Part shown: in pieces, positions 16,757 through 24,842 of the stretch
Position numbering within the stretch: the first letter of the stretch is position 1
How the letters are laid out: every line of letters begins with the position of its first letter
Source of the DNA: Coprobacillaceae bacterium
Lineage (GTDB): Bacteria > Bacillota_I > Bacilli_A > Erysipelotrichales > Coprobacillaceae
Direction: 5' to 3'
Assembly: GCA_963675515.1 (NCBI GenBank)
Contig: OY776328.1
Span: 2,490,001 to 2,522,000, forward strand
DNA: 32,000 bases
Notes under the pieces: model-generated
Told to the model about the DNA's origin: nothing
The model's database searches: none
What the model saw: only the letters and a program-made list of their open reading frames with translations
Made by a program: the position numbers and the translations under genes

Positions 16757-18157
16757 TTATTCTATTACAATATCTTTCTTGATTCCATAATTCTCAATTG
16801 AGTCTATTGTGCTTCTATAAACCTGCCTCATGACATATAGCGAGATCATCGCAACAATGCATTCGCTGATCAAAAAGGCGCTCCAGATTGTGTACACATC
16901 CCCGACTCTCGACAAGGTCAAGGCCGAAACAAACAATATGGCTATCTGGACGATCGAGACAATCAGCGTCTTGTTGCTGTGTCCCAGCGCCTGGAAGAAC
17001 GATCCGCAGATAAGGGTCACCGCCATGAAAGGCAGGGCCGGACCTACGATGCGCAGCGCTACAATTCCGATATCGTAGATCAATCCTGTCGCACTGAAGA
17101 TATTCAACAGCCCGGCTGGAATGATTACAAATATCGCAGTTCCAAGCAAGGTAACTGCCAGAACCGCAATCACGCTTGTTTTTATGGCCTCGATTATCCT
17201 GTTTTTATAACCTGCGCCATAATTGTAGGCGATAATCGAAACAACCGTGTTTTTCAAACCCCAGACCGGCATCAGGAAGATGCTTTGAAGGCGGATGAAA
17301 ATCACATAAACCGCTGGCGCAGCTGTCGTAAAGCCTAGCAGGATCTGGTTCATCCCAAAGAGCATCAATGGGCTGATTGCCTGGGTCAGGGCCGTCGGAA
17401 TGCCGACAACCAGGATTTCCTTGATTATCCCTAGGTCGCTTTTTAGCATCTTGATGCCAAACTCGATTTCCTTGTTGACCTTCAAATTGAACCCAAAAGC
17501 CACGCAGGCAGCCGCGAACTGGGCGATTACGGTGGCTATGGCCGCACCCTGGATTCCCATGGCCGGAACCGGTCCAAGCCCGAAAATCAGAATCGGATCC
17601 AGGATCGTATTGGTGATCGCTCCGGTAAGTAACGAGAACATCGAACCCATTGTCTTCCCGGTCGAGATCAGCAACCTTTCCATGATTACCTGGTTGACTA
17701 TCCCAAACGAAAACACGCAGGTGATCGTGGTGTATGTTGTTGCCATCGCCCTGATTGGAACATCGCTTGTCTGCATTGCATAGAAGCCATTGGCGAAAAA
17801 CAGTCCGAATACCATGAAAACCACGAAACAGAGCCATTCGACGATAATTCCATTCCCTGCAGCCTTGTTGGCCATTTTAGCATTGTTTTCTCCCAGTTTT
17901 TTCGACAGTACCGCATTAACCCCGACACTAAGACCGACCGAGATGCTTGCAAGCAAACTCGCTATCGGTGTCGTCAGCGAGATCGCAGTCAATGCATCAC
18001 TTCCCAGGCGGGAAACGTAGATGCTGTCGACTACATTGTATAAAGACTGGACCAGCATTGAAAATATCACCGGAACCGCCATTTTCAACAGCAATCTGTT
18101 TATCGGCAGCACACCCATGATGTTTTCGCTGGGATTCAAATCATTTCTATCCATCAT
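16757..18157 (-). CDS. MATE-family efflux transporter
   Basis: 466 aa, about 12 hydrophobic segments. The N-terminus ...LLKMAVPVIFSMLVQSLYNVVDSIYVSRLGSDALTAISL... is the MatE repeat signature. Confidence 0.9.
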   Translation of the reverse strand: MMDRNDLNPSENIMGVLPINRLLLKMAVPVIFSMLVQSLYNVVDSIYVSRLGSDALTAISLTTPIASLLASISVGLSVGVNAVLSKKLGENNAKMANKAAGNGIIVEWLCFVVFMVFGLFFANGFYAMQTSDVPIRAMATTYTTITCVFSFGIVNQVIMERLLISTGKTMGSMFSLLTGAITNTILDPILIFGLGPVPAMGIQGAAIATVIAQFAAACVAFGFNLKVNKEIEFGIKMLKSDLGIIKEILVVGIPTALTQAISPLMLFGMNQILLGFTTAAPAVYVIFIRLQSIFLMPVWGLKNTVVSIIAYNYGAGYKNRIIEAIKTSVIAVLAVTLLGTAIFVIIPAGLLNIFSATGLIYDIGIVALRIVGPALPFMAVTLICGSFFQALGHSNKTLIVSIVQIAILFVSALTLSRVGDVYTIWSAFLISECIVAMISLYVMRQVYRSTIDSIENYGIKKDIVIE

Positions 18158-18170
18158 AAAACTCCTCTCA

Positions 18171-18254
18171 ATTTACACTGTGTCAGCAAATATATAATAA
18201 CTGATAAATTACATAGTGTCAATAATTATTTTACTTAGTGTTTGTTATATTGCG
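18171..18254. promoter_or_regulatory. Divergent MATE/TetR promoter region with three copies of a palindromic TTACA-N3-TGT-type operator motif
   Basis: ATTTACACTGTGTCA (18171), ATTACATAGTGTCA (18208) and TTTACTTAGTGTTT (18229). A TATAAT at 18274-18279 lies ahead of the TetR gene. A 49-bp block is about 80 percent identical to 20991-21040. Confidence 0.6.
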
Positions 18255-18303
18255 TTGCAGCCGGTTTGGTGCTATAATGGCTTCAGACAAGTGGAGGTAA
18301 AAT

Positions 18304-18942
18304 ATGAATTTTCAAAGAGCCCGGACCCAGGAACAGGTTGAGACCCGCCAGAAGGAGATAATGGATTCCTGCCTTGCAATTTACACAACACAAGGCTACG
18401 AAGCAGTGAATTTCAAAGTCATTTCAGAACAGACATCGTTCACGCGACCTGCTATCTACAATTACTACAAGACCAAGGAAGAGATATTTTTGGATGTTCT
18501 CCTCGAGGAGTACCTGAGCTGGGCAGACGATCTCGCCAAGGCGTTTGATTCAAACGAGTCGATGGATCTCAACGCTTTTTGCCGCCTGCTCAGCCATTCC
18601 ATCGCCAAATACCCTAAAATGCTTGAGTTGCTGTCAGTCCATCTCAATTCCATCGAAAACAACAGCCGGATGGAGAAACTGGTTGTTTTCAAAAAAGAGG
18701 TCGCCCAGGTTTTCGCGACCCTCGATTACGGACTTGACAAATTTTTCCCCAACGTCACCAGGGAAAACAAGAACGAATTCAAACGACATTTCATAGCCTA
18801 TATCCATGGGCTGTACCCCACAACCAATCATTCTGCTAAGCAGATAGAAGCAATGAAACTAGCCGGTATCAAGTATCAAAAACAGGATTTCAAGAAACAA
18901 TGTTTGAAAGGCGTCACTCTCCTTGGAGCTTTGCTCAAATAA
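18304..18942 (+). CDS. TetR/AcrR-family transcriptional regulator
   Basis: 212 aa. N-terminal HTH ...GYEAVNFKVISEQTSFTRPAIYNYYKTKEEIF... GGAGG Shine-Dalgarno. Divergent from the MATE pump. Confidence 0.9.
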   Translation: MNFQRARTQEQVETRQKEIMDSCLAIYTTQGYEAVNFKVISEQTSFTRPAIYNYYKTKEEIFLDVLLEEYLSWADDLAKAFDSNESMDLNAFCRLLSHSIAKYPKMLELLSVHLNSIENNSRMEKLVVFKKEVAQVFATLDYGLDKFFPNVTRENKNEFKRHFIAYIHGLYPTTNHSAKQIEAMKLAGIKYQKQDFKKQCLKGVTLLGALLK

Positions 18943-18973
18943 TCCGCTTTAGTTATAGCCGTTTTGAACAAAT

Positions 18974-18998
18974 CAGCCCGATTTTGGGGCTGTTTTTA
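18974..18998 (+). terminator. Rho-independent terminator after the TetR gene
   Basis: CAGCCC-GATTTTG-GGGCTG followed by TTTTTATTT. Confidence 0.7.
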
Positions 18999-19052
18999 TT
19001 TATATTTTGAATAAATTTATTGACCGGTCATGTTCATAAACTGAATCAATGC

Positions 19053-19085
19053 AAAAAAATCACCCCACCGATGGCAGGATGATCC
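19053..19085 (-). terminator. Rho-independent terminator after the aldo-keto reductase pair
   Basis: Minus strand reads ATCATCC-TGCCATCGGT-GGGGTGAT followed by TTTTTTTG. Confidence 0.7.
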
Positions 19086-19097
19086 TAAACTCAAATA

Positions 19098-19952
19098 TCA
19101 ATCAGCCGGTTTGAATCCACCCAGGTTCTTCTCCTGCTGTTGCAATGTCATGTTGAAAAAGCGAGTATTCTTGTCCAGTTTTTTCATCTGTTCCATCTCG
19201 TCTGTTGACAATTCGAAGTCGAAAACAGCAATGTTTTCCTTTATGTGTTTTGGGTTTGTCGATTTGGGAAAGACGATATTGCCCGACTGGATATGCCACC
19301 TCAGGATGATCTGAGCGGCTGACTTATTGTATTTTGCAGCCATTTCCGAAATCACAGGTTCGTTTAACAGATCCTCGTTGGCATGGCCAAGGGGATACCA
19401 AGATTCCAATACAGTCCCGTATTTTCCGATTCTCTCCTTTAGTTTTTCCTGCTGGAAATACGGGTGGCATTCCACCTGCAAAACAGCCGGTTTGATTGTG
19501 GCAATCTCAAGCACTTCCTCAAGTCGATCAGACTCAAAATTGGACAGACCGACCGATCTCACTTTCCCCTGGGCCACGGCTGTTTCCATTGCCTTCCACG
19601 CGCCGATGTAGTCCCCGAACTGTTGATGAAGCAACAACAGATCGATATAGTCAGTATCCAACCGCTCAAGCATCTTGTCAATCGCCTTTGCAGTTGCAAC
19701 TTCGCCATATTCGCTTGGCCACAATTTGGTCGTGATCCAGATTTCCTTCCGATCGATTCCGCTTTGTTTTACTGCCTGACCCACACCCCGCTCATTCTGG
19801 TATGCATGGGCGGTGTCGATATGGCGATAGCCTTCCTTGAAAGCTTCCAGGCATGCTTTTCTTGTATCCTCGTCACCATTGATCATGTAGACACCCAGAC
19901 CGAACTGGGGAATCAGGTTACCATCATTCAACTTCACATATTCTTGTTTCAT
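19098..19952 (-). CDS. Aldo/keto reductase (short, about 280-aa DkgA/YtbE-like type)
   Basis: 284 aa. GYRHIDTAHAYQNE, ...ITTKLW..., ...LLHQ..., ...VECHPYFQQ... and ...IVFPKSTNPKHIKEN... are canonical AKR blocks. Confidence 0.9.
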   Translation of the reverse strand: MKQEYVKLNDGNLIPQFGLGVYMINGDEDTRKACLEAFKEGYRHIDTAHAYQNERGVGQAVKQSGIDRKEIWITTKLWPSEYGEVATAKAIDKMLERLDTDYIDLLLLHQQFGDYIGAWKAMETAVAQGKVRSVGLSNFESDRLEEVLEIATIKPAVLQVECHPYFQQEKLKERIGKYGTVLESWYPLGHANEDLLNEPVISEMAAKYNKSAAQIILRWHIQSGNIVFPKSTNPKHIKENIAVFDFELSTDEMEQMKKLDKNTRFFNMTLQQQEKNLGGFKPAD

Positions 19953-19978
19953 TTAAAATACCTCTTTTCTTTTCTTGT

Positions 19979-20947
19979 TTATCTAAAACCGAACTGATTA
20001 TGAGGAACATAGGGTTCCTCGATATGTTTGATCTCTTCTTCGCTCAAATTTATATCCATTGCCTCAATCGCGCTTTGAAGATACTTTAGCTTTGCAGCTC
20101 CTACTATCGGTGCTGTGACATATTCCTTTCCAAGCACCCATGCCATTGCAACTGCCGACGGATCCACATTTCTGCTGGTTGCGACATCACGCACCCGTCG
20201 AATGATTTCTTTGTCATGCTCAAGAACATAGTCATTTTGCAAAAGGGCTACCCCATCCGTTCTTGGCTCGTCTATTTCCTTGGAAAACACCCCGTGAGCT
20301 ATCGGCGAAAACGGAGTCAGGGCTATCTTCTCCGATATGCACATTTGAACCATCTCTTTTTCTTCTTCCCGGTAGACCAGATTGATCATGTTTTGCATCG
20401 AGACAAACTTCGACCAGCCATTTTTATTGGCTATGGCATTTGCTTTGACAAATTGCCAGGCGTACATTGCACTAGCACCGATATAGCGGATTTTTCCCAT
20501 TCTGACAAGATCGTTCAAGGCCTCCATTGTTTCTTCAATCGGAGTCGTATAATCCCAGCGATGAATTATGTACAGATCGATATATTCCATCTGGAGCCGT
20601 TTCAAGGAATTTTCCACTTCCTGAAATATTGCCTTGCGCGAAAGTCCCTTGGCATTGGCACCATCAGACATCGGATAATATAGTTTTGTGGCGATCACCA
20701 CTTCGTCCCGGTTGGCAAAGTCCTTGATCGCCCGGCCCAGAATCTCTTCACTGACCCCCAATCCATAATAGTTGGCAGTGTCGAAAAAATTGATTCCGCT
20801 TTCCAGAGCCGCTTTGATAATTTGCCTGGCCTCTGTCTCATCAGTCTTCCCGACAATACCGCCACTGTCCGGTTTTCCAAATCCCATGCAACCTACACAC
20901 AACCTTGATACTTTTAATCCCGTGTTGCCTAAATTCACATATTCCAT
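19979..20947 (-). CDS. Aldo/keto reductase (long, about 320-aa Tas/YajO-like type)
   Basis: 322 aa. ...LGNTGLKVSRLCVGCMGFG..., GINFFDTANYYG, ...IDLYIIHRWD... and ...IRYIGASAMYAWQF... Confidence 0.9.
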   Translation of the reverse strand: MEYVNLGNTGLKVSRLCVGCMGFGKPDSGGIVGKTDETEARQIIKAALESGINFFDTANYYGLGVSEEILGRAIKDFANRDEVVIATKLYYPMSDGANAKGLSRKAIFQEVENSLKRLQMEYIDLYIIHRWDYTTPIEETMEALNDLVRMGKIRYIGASAMYAWQFVKANAIANKNGWSKFVSMQNMINLVYREEEKEMVQMCISEKIALTPFSPIAHGVFSKEIDEPRTDGVALLQNDYVLEHDKEIIRRVRDVATSRNVDPSAVAMAWVLGKEYVTAPIVGAAKLKYLQSAIEAMDINLSEEEIKHIEEPYVPHNQFGFR

Positions 20948-20990
20948 TGTAACCTCCTATTACTTACCTGATATAATAAGGATATCATTT

Positions 20991-21040
20991 AAATTACAGT
21001 GTGTCAATTAATGAATTACACAGTGTTTGTTATATTCGCG
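20991..21040. promoter_or_regulatory. Operator-like block upstream of the aldo-keto reductase operon, homologous to the TetR/MATE intergenic block
   Basis: AAATTACAGTGTGTCAATTAATGAATTACACAGTGTTTGTTATATTCGCG, compared with 18206-18254 AAATTACATAGTGTCAATAATTATTTTACTTAGTGTTTGTTATATTGCG. Confidence 0.6.
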
Positions 21041-21143
21041 TTCAATTATTTTTTTATCGCTGCCTTTTCCTGATTCCACAATACTAATTGAAATGTGGAT
21101 ATGATATAATTTAGTCACAAGAACATCAAAAGGAGAACAGGAA

Positions 21144-21350
21144 ATGAAGGAAGAAAAGTCAGTCTGCAAGTTGAATAATCCGTTTATCTACATTTTAATT
21201 CTTTGGTCACTGATCTGGAAAGGCATCGGTCTTTGGCGCTCGGCCCGGGACAATCGCCCGACCTGGTTCATCTCAATTTTATTTGTGAATTCACTGGGCA
21301 TTCTTGAGATGGCCTATCTTTTCTTATCCAGACGCAAGAAAATTCAATAA
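21144..21350 (+). CDS. Small two-TM membrane protein (resembles DUF5652-type proteins, from memory)
   Basis: 68 aa. AAAGGAG Shine-Dalgarno. ...ILWSLIWKGIGLWRSARDNRPTWFISILFVNSLGILEMAYLF... Confidence 0.5.
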   Translation: MKEEKSVCKLNNPFIYILILWSLIWKGIGLWRSARDNRPTWFISILFVNSLGILEMAYLFLSRRKKIQ

Positions 21351-21532
21351 TGATGGTTTCCAACTGAACCAGCAGCTAGCTTGGACCTCTCTACCCGGCT
21401 GATACACCAATCACTTGCATAAAAAAAGCAAGTCATGTATCACCTAACCGGATCACGGACTTGCTTGTTGCTGGATTATTTTGATTGCGTTATTGTCGCT
21501 TTACCTCAATAAAATCGCCATCATTACCGAAT

Positions 21533-21572
21533 AAAAAATCAGACCAAACAATGTTCAGGTCTGATTTTTTAT
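21533..21572. terminator. Bidirectional rho-independent terminator downstream of glnK
   Basis: AAAAAATCAGACC-AAACAATGTTCA-GGTCTGATTTTTT: an 8-bp stem flanked by an A-run and a T-run, ending 4 nt before the stop at 21576. Confidence 0.85.
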
Positions 21573-21575
21573 TTA

Positions 21576-21926
21576 TTATAGTGCGTCTTTTCCCTCTGAA
21601 AAATCACTGATGCGGATGACATTGGATACGTCATATATGAAAATCTTTCCATCACCGATATTCCCTGTATGGAGGACCTGTTTGACTGTCGCCACAACGG
21701 TTTCTACCGGAACCGAACAAACGACAATCTCGATTTTAACTTTTGGAAGAAGTTTTACCTCAACCTTAGTTCCACGGTAATATTCAGTATGCCCCTTCTG
21801 GGCACCGCAACCTAGCACATTTGATACCGTCATACCGGTGATTCCGATCTTGTCGAGTTCCTCGATCAATTCGTCCATTTTTTGTGCGGTTGTGATGATG
21901 TCAATCTTGGTTATTTTATCACTCAT
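21576..21926 (-). CDS. glnK: P-II family nitrogen regulatory protein (GlnK/NrgB-like)
   Basis: 116 aa from MSDKITKID (AGAGGGG Shine-Dalgarno). GITGMTVSNVLGCGAQKGHTEYYRG...LPKVKIEIVV...GDGKIFIYDV are P-II signatures. Sits downstream of amt. Confidence 0.9.
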   Translation of the reverse strand: MSDKITKIDIITTAQKMDELIEELDKIGITGMTVSNVLGCGAQKGHTEYYRGTKVEVKLLPKVKIEIVVCSVPVETVVATVKQVLHTGNIGDGKIFIYDVSNVIRISDFSEGKDAL

Positions 21927-22067
21927 ATTCAAACCCCTCTTTTATTATTCTAGTCGATAGACTTTGGATTGTCAAACTCATACCAGTCGTTGTTTGGCCT
22001 TTTCAACACAAGTCTCCATTCTATCAGTATGTTTCAACTACTATCAGTTAAAACATCCGCAATTCAA

Positions 22068-23294
22068 TTAAAAAATGCTATATGCATTTTCCCCATGGAG
22101 CGACACATCCAATCCTGCCGACTCTTCTTCGTTTGAAGTCCGCAGCGCCATGAATTTGCTCATAACCTTCAAGATCACAAAAGTCACAATTGTTGCATAC
22201 ACAACACATGAAACAACTGCCAGTGCCTGAATCAGGAAAGTGTGGACATTACCATAGATCAGCCCTTGGGATGCGGCCGGATTGACAGCAGTGGTTGAGA
22301 AAATTCCTGTCGCCAATGTTCCCCAGATACCTGCCACGCCATGGCATCCGAATACATCAAGGGTATCGTCATATCCCAGTTTTGATTTAAGGAATACGAT
22401 AGCAAGGAAGCACAATACTCCACCCATCAGTCCGATGATCAAAGATGAATGAGGGGACACGAATCCACACGCCGGTGTGATCGCAACCAGACCCGCCACG
22501 GCTCCAGTAAGAATACCAAGGGCGGTCGGTTTCTTGTGAAGGATCCATTCGCAAGCGCCAAAACCGATTGCTCCGGATGCCGCCGCCATATTGGTTGTCA
22601 CAAACGCATTGATTGCAGTTCCCGTAACCGCCAAAGCGCTTCCGGCATTGAATCCAAACCAGCCAAACCAGAGGATCCCGCCACCCAATACCGCCATAGG
22701 AATATGATGGGGATCTGATTTGACTTTTTTGCGTCTACCCAGCATGATCGCGGCGACCAGGGCTGACACCCCTGAATTGAGTTCCACGACCAGACCGCCT
22801 GCAAAATCCTGAACGCCTAGCTCTTTTAGCCATCCCCCAGAACCCCATACCCAATGGGCAATAGGATCATAGACAAGCGTTGACCAAAGAAGTGTGAATA
22901 TTATAAATGCCGGGAATTTCATTCTTTCGGCAAAAGATCCCGAAATGACCGCTGCAGTGATAGCGGCAAACATCAGCTGGAAAACTGAAAACAGCAATGC
23001 GGGAATCGTTCCTGCATAATTCAGATCCGGAAGAAAACCCACATTATCCAGGAAGGAAAAATTCAGACCTCCGATAAATCCACCGATATCTTCGCCAAAA
23101 GACAGCGAATAGCCGATTACCAGCCATTGGACCGAAATAACGATCAATGCGACATAACTTTGAAGCGTTATGCTAAGAACATTTTTGCTTTTTACCATGC
23201 CCCCGTAAAATATCGCCAGTCCCGGGACCATAAACATGACCAAAGCGGCGCATATGAACACAAAGGTCATATCGCTTCCATTCAATAAATCCAT
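22068..23294 (-). CDS. amt: Ammonium transporter (Amt family)
   Basis: 408 aa, 11-12 TM. ...DFAGGLVVELNSGVSALVAAIMLGRR... and ...DVFGCHGVAGIWGTLATGIF... are Amt signatures. GAGGAG Shine-Dalgarno at 23304-23309. Confidence 0.95.
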   Translation of the reverse strand: MDLLNGSDMTFVFICAALVMFMVPGLAIFYGGMVKSKNVLSITLQSYVALIVISVQWLVIGYSLSFGEDIGGFIGGLNFSFLDNVGFLPDLNYAGTIPALLFSVFQLMFAAITAAVISGSFAERMKFPAFIIFTLLWSTLVYDPIAHWVWGSGGWLKELGVQDFAGGLVVELNSGVSALVAAIMLGRRKKVKSDPHHIPMAVLGGGILWFGWFGFNAGSALAVTGTAINAFVTTNMAAASGAIGFGACEWILHKKPTALGILTGAVAGLVAITPACGFVSPHSSLIIGLMGGVLCFLAIVFLKSKLGYDDTLDVFGCHGVAGIWGTLATGIFSTTAVNPAASQGLIYGNVHTFLIQALAVVSCVVYATIVTFVILKVMSKFMALRTSNEEESAGLDVSLHGENAYSIF

Positions 23295-23505
23295 ACACCA
23301 TTTCTCCTCATCAATATGGTAGTGTCAAAACCAGTTAGTTATTTACAACCATAATTAACTGGAAAACCGCATTCTACCTTGGTTTTTTATATATTTAGGT
23401 GAATTCCCCCGGATTTCACCCTATAATTTGACCATTTTGTTTACAAAAAAAGGTAACAGCCTCATAATTGTAAGTGTCTAAACCACAATAAGGAGGACTG
23501 TTACC

Positions 23506-23571
23506 ATGGTCAAAATTATATCATTAATAATCAATTTTTTAAATATCATTCGTAGATTTTTGTACAAATTT
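23506..23571 (+). pseudogene. IS6-like transposase, first 22 codons (separated from the rest by the IS1202-like insertion)
   Basis: AAGGAGG lies 9 nt upstream of the ATG at 23506. MVKIISLIINFLNIIRRFLYKF continues in frame as ECFLLKHLPSDG... at 28472. Confidence 0.75.
23545..23571 (+). repeat. 27-bp direct repeat (target duplication), left copy
   Basis: ATCATTCGTAGATTTTTGTACAAATTT is identical to 28445-28471. The flanking bases differ on both sides. Confidence 0.9.
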
Positions 23572-23683
23572 TCTAGAACGAATATGATATTGTCTTAATG
23601 TAAGGAAGATGATTATGTCCCAAGGTCCTATATCAAATCCTGGAAATATGGTATCATAAACCTCTATGATTTTATGGAGGTAG

Positions 23684-24031
23684 ATGATGAGAAAGGTTGA
23701 TCTTAGAATGAACGAATTAGAAAAATATAAAGTAATCAAGAAACTGGTTGAAACCAACGGCAACAAGAAGCGAGCGGCTACGAGACTTAACTGTTCAACC
23801 AGGACAGTCAACCGGCTAATCTTGAAATATAAACAATTTGGTAAACAAGGCTTTGTCCATGGCAACCGCGGCAATCTACCGGCACATACTTTTGATCCCG
23901 AAACAAAGGCGATGATTATTGACTTGTATCTCGCTAAGTACACCGATGCCAATTTGGCTCATTTTGCCGAAATAGTCGAGGAGGAACTAAAGATAAAAGT
24001 TTCCGACACAACCATCAATAACTGGCTGAAG
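23684..24031 (+). pseudogene. IS1202/ISNCY-like transposase, N-terminal HTH part
   Basis: MMRKVDLRMNELEKYKVIKKLVETNGNKKRAATRLNCSTRTVNRLILKYKQFGKQGFVHGNRGNLPAH... The frame is broken after ...TTINNWLK by the inserted element. Confidence 0.8.
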
Positions 24032-24239
24032 TGTAGATAGCCTTTTTATTTGATTCAATATAACCATAATCTAATCATAATAAATAAAGGTCAATTCCAG
24101 ATAATTTGATGAATTTTTCTTCAAATTACTTGAGATTGACCTTTTACTTTGTTATTTTATTGGTAATAAATTAAAAGAAAGAAAAAATGAGAGACGCAAC
24201 CACCAAGCAGTTTCTCTCATTTGCCATATAGACAAGAAG

Positions 24240-24794
24240 ATGATAACGTATCACGGAGTCAAAATCAATAGTAATTTTATAAAAATTGATTCACAGGCCA
24301 AACTCCAGGCCTATTATGATGAATTGGTTTCCAATATTAATCGTTTTTCCCTGAGTTGCGCTGGTGACTGCCAGGGCAATTTCATAATTCATGGTTATTA
24401 TTTCCGAAGGGTTAAGCTACCTTTTGGATTTTTTAGCTTACGGATAATGCGGCTAAGATGTAAGGATTGCGGTAAAACCCACGCAATCCTTCTTTCCTGC
24501 TTGGTTCCATATTCAAGCATCCCGTTGGCAGTTCAGGTAGAAATTGTCAGAAGTAGAAATAATCGGGAAAGATTGAAAACTATTCTTGATCGAAACCCTG
24601 AACTGTTTGAATGTGATATTCATAGTATTGTCGTTAGATATGTAAATTACTGGCTGCAACGATTGTTATCGTCGAGGACTGATCTAAATGAAATTAACTT
24701 TCTTGTTGAAAACTGTTTTTCAAATTATTTGATGCAGTTCATGCAATGTCGAAATACCATAAATATCTTGTATACCGTCAACCACATAGGATGA
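24240..24794 (+). CDS. Hypothetical protein with CxxC-containing region; first gene of the transposon
   Basis: 184 aa. ...SLSCAGDCQGNFIIHGYYFRRVKLPFGFFSLRIMRLRCKDCGKTHAILLSCLVPYSSIP... Weak Shine-Dalgarno. Possibly related to DUF6431-type proteins, but that is from memory only. Confidence 0.55.
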   Translation: MITYHGVKINSNFIKIDSQAKLQAYYDELVSNINRFSLSCAGDCQGNFIIHGYYFRRVKLPFGFFSLRIMRLRCKDCGKTHAILLSCLVPYSSIPLAVQVEIVRSRNNRERLKTILDRNPELFECDIHSIVVRYVNYWLQRLLSSRTDLNEINFLVENCFSNYLMQFMQCRNTINILYTVNHIG

Positions 24795-24842
24795 GTTAAT
24801 TAATCGACTTGAATAGTCTATATTGGCTGAGGGAGGTATTAT

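Noticed and set aside
17205-17837. 210-aa ORF and several 76-127-aa ORFs inside the MATE transporter gene.
   Set aside because: They are out of frame or antisense to a well-supported 466-aa MATE gene, and the composition (Gly/Arg/Asp/His runs) is not protein-like.
21351-21532. Hairpins ACTTGC-A9-GCAAGT and GCAAGTC...GACTTGC after the small membrane protein gene, considered as a small RNA or terminator.
   Set aside because: The stems are short (6-7 bp), the loops are long or A-rich, and there is no following U-tract. The evidence is insufficient.
23295-23505. TnrA/GlnR-type box (TGTNA-N7-TNACA) or a native promoter directly upstream of amt, and the GGTGAAT...ATTTCACC inverted repeat at 23398-23420 as its operator.
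   Set aside because: No 17-mer fits the TnrA pattern. This DNA turned out to be the interior of the IS6-like left end (upstream of its transposase start), not amt regulatory DNA.
23539-23952. 137-aa minus-strand ORF across the IS1202-like left end.
   Set aside because: It is antisense to the clearly recognisable HTH part of the IS1202-like transposase and crosses an IS boundary. It is an artefact.
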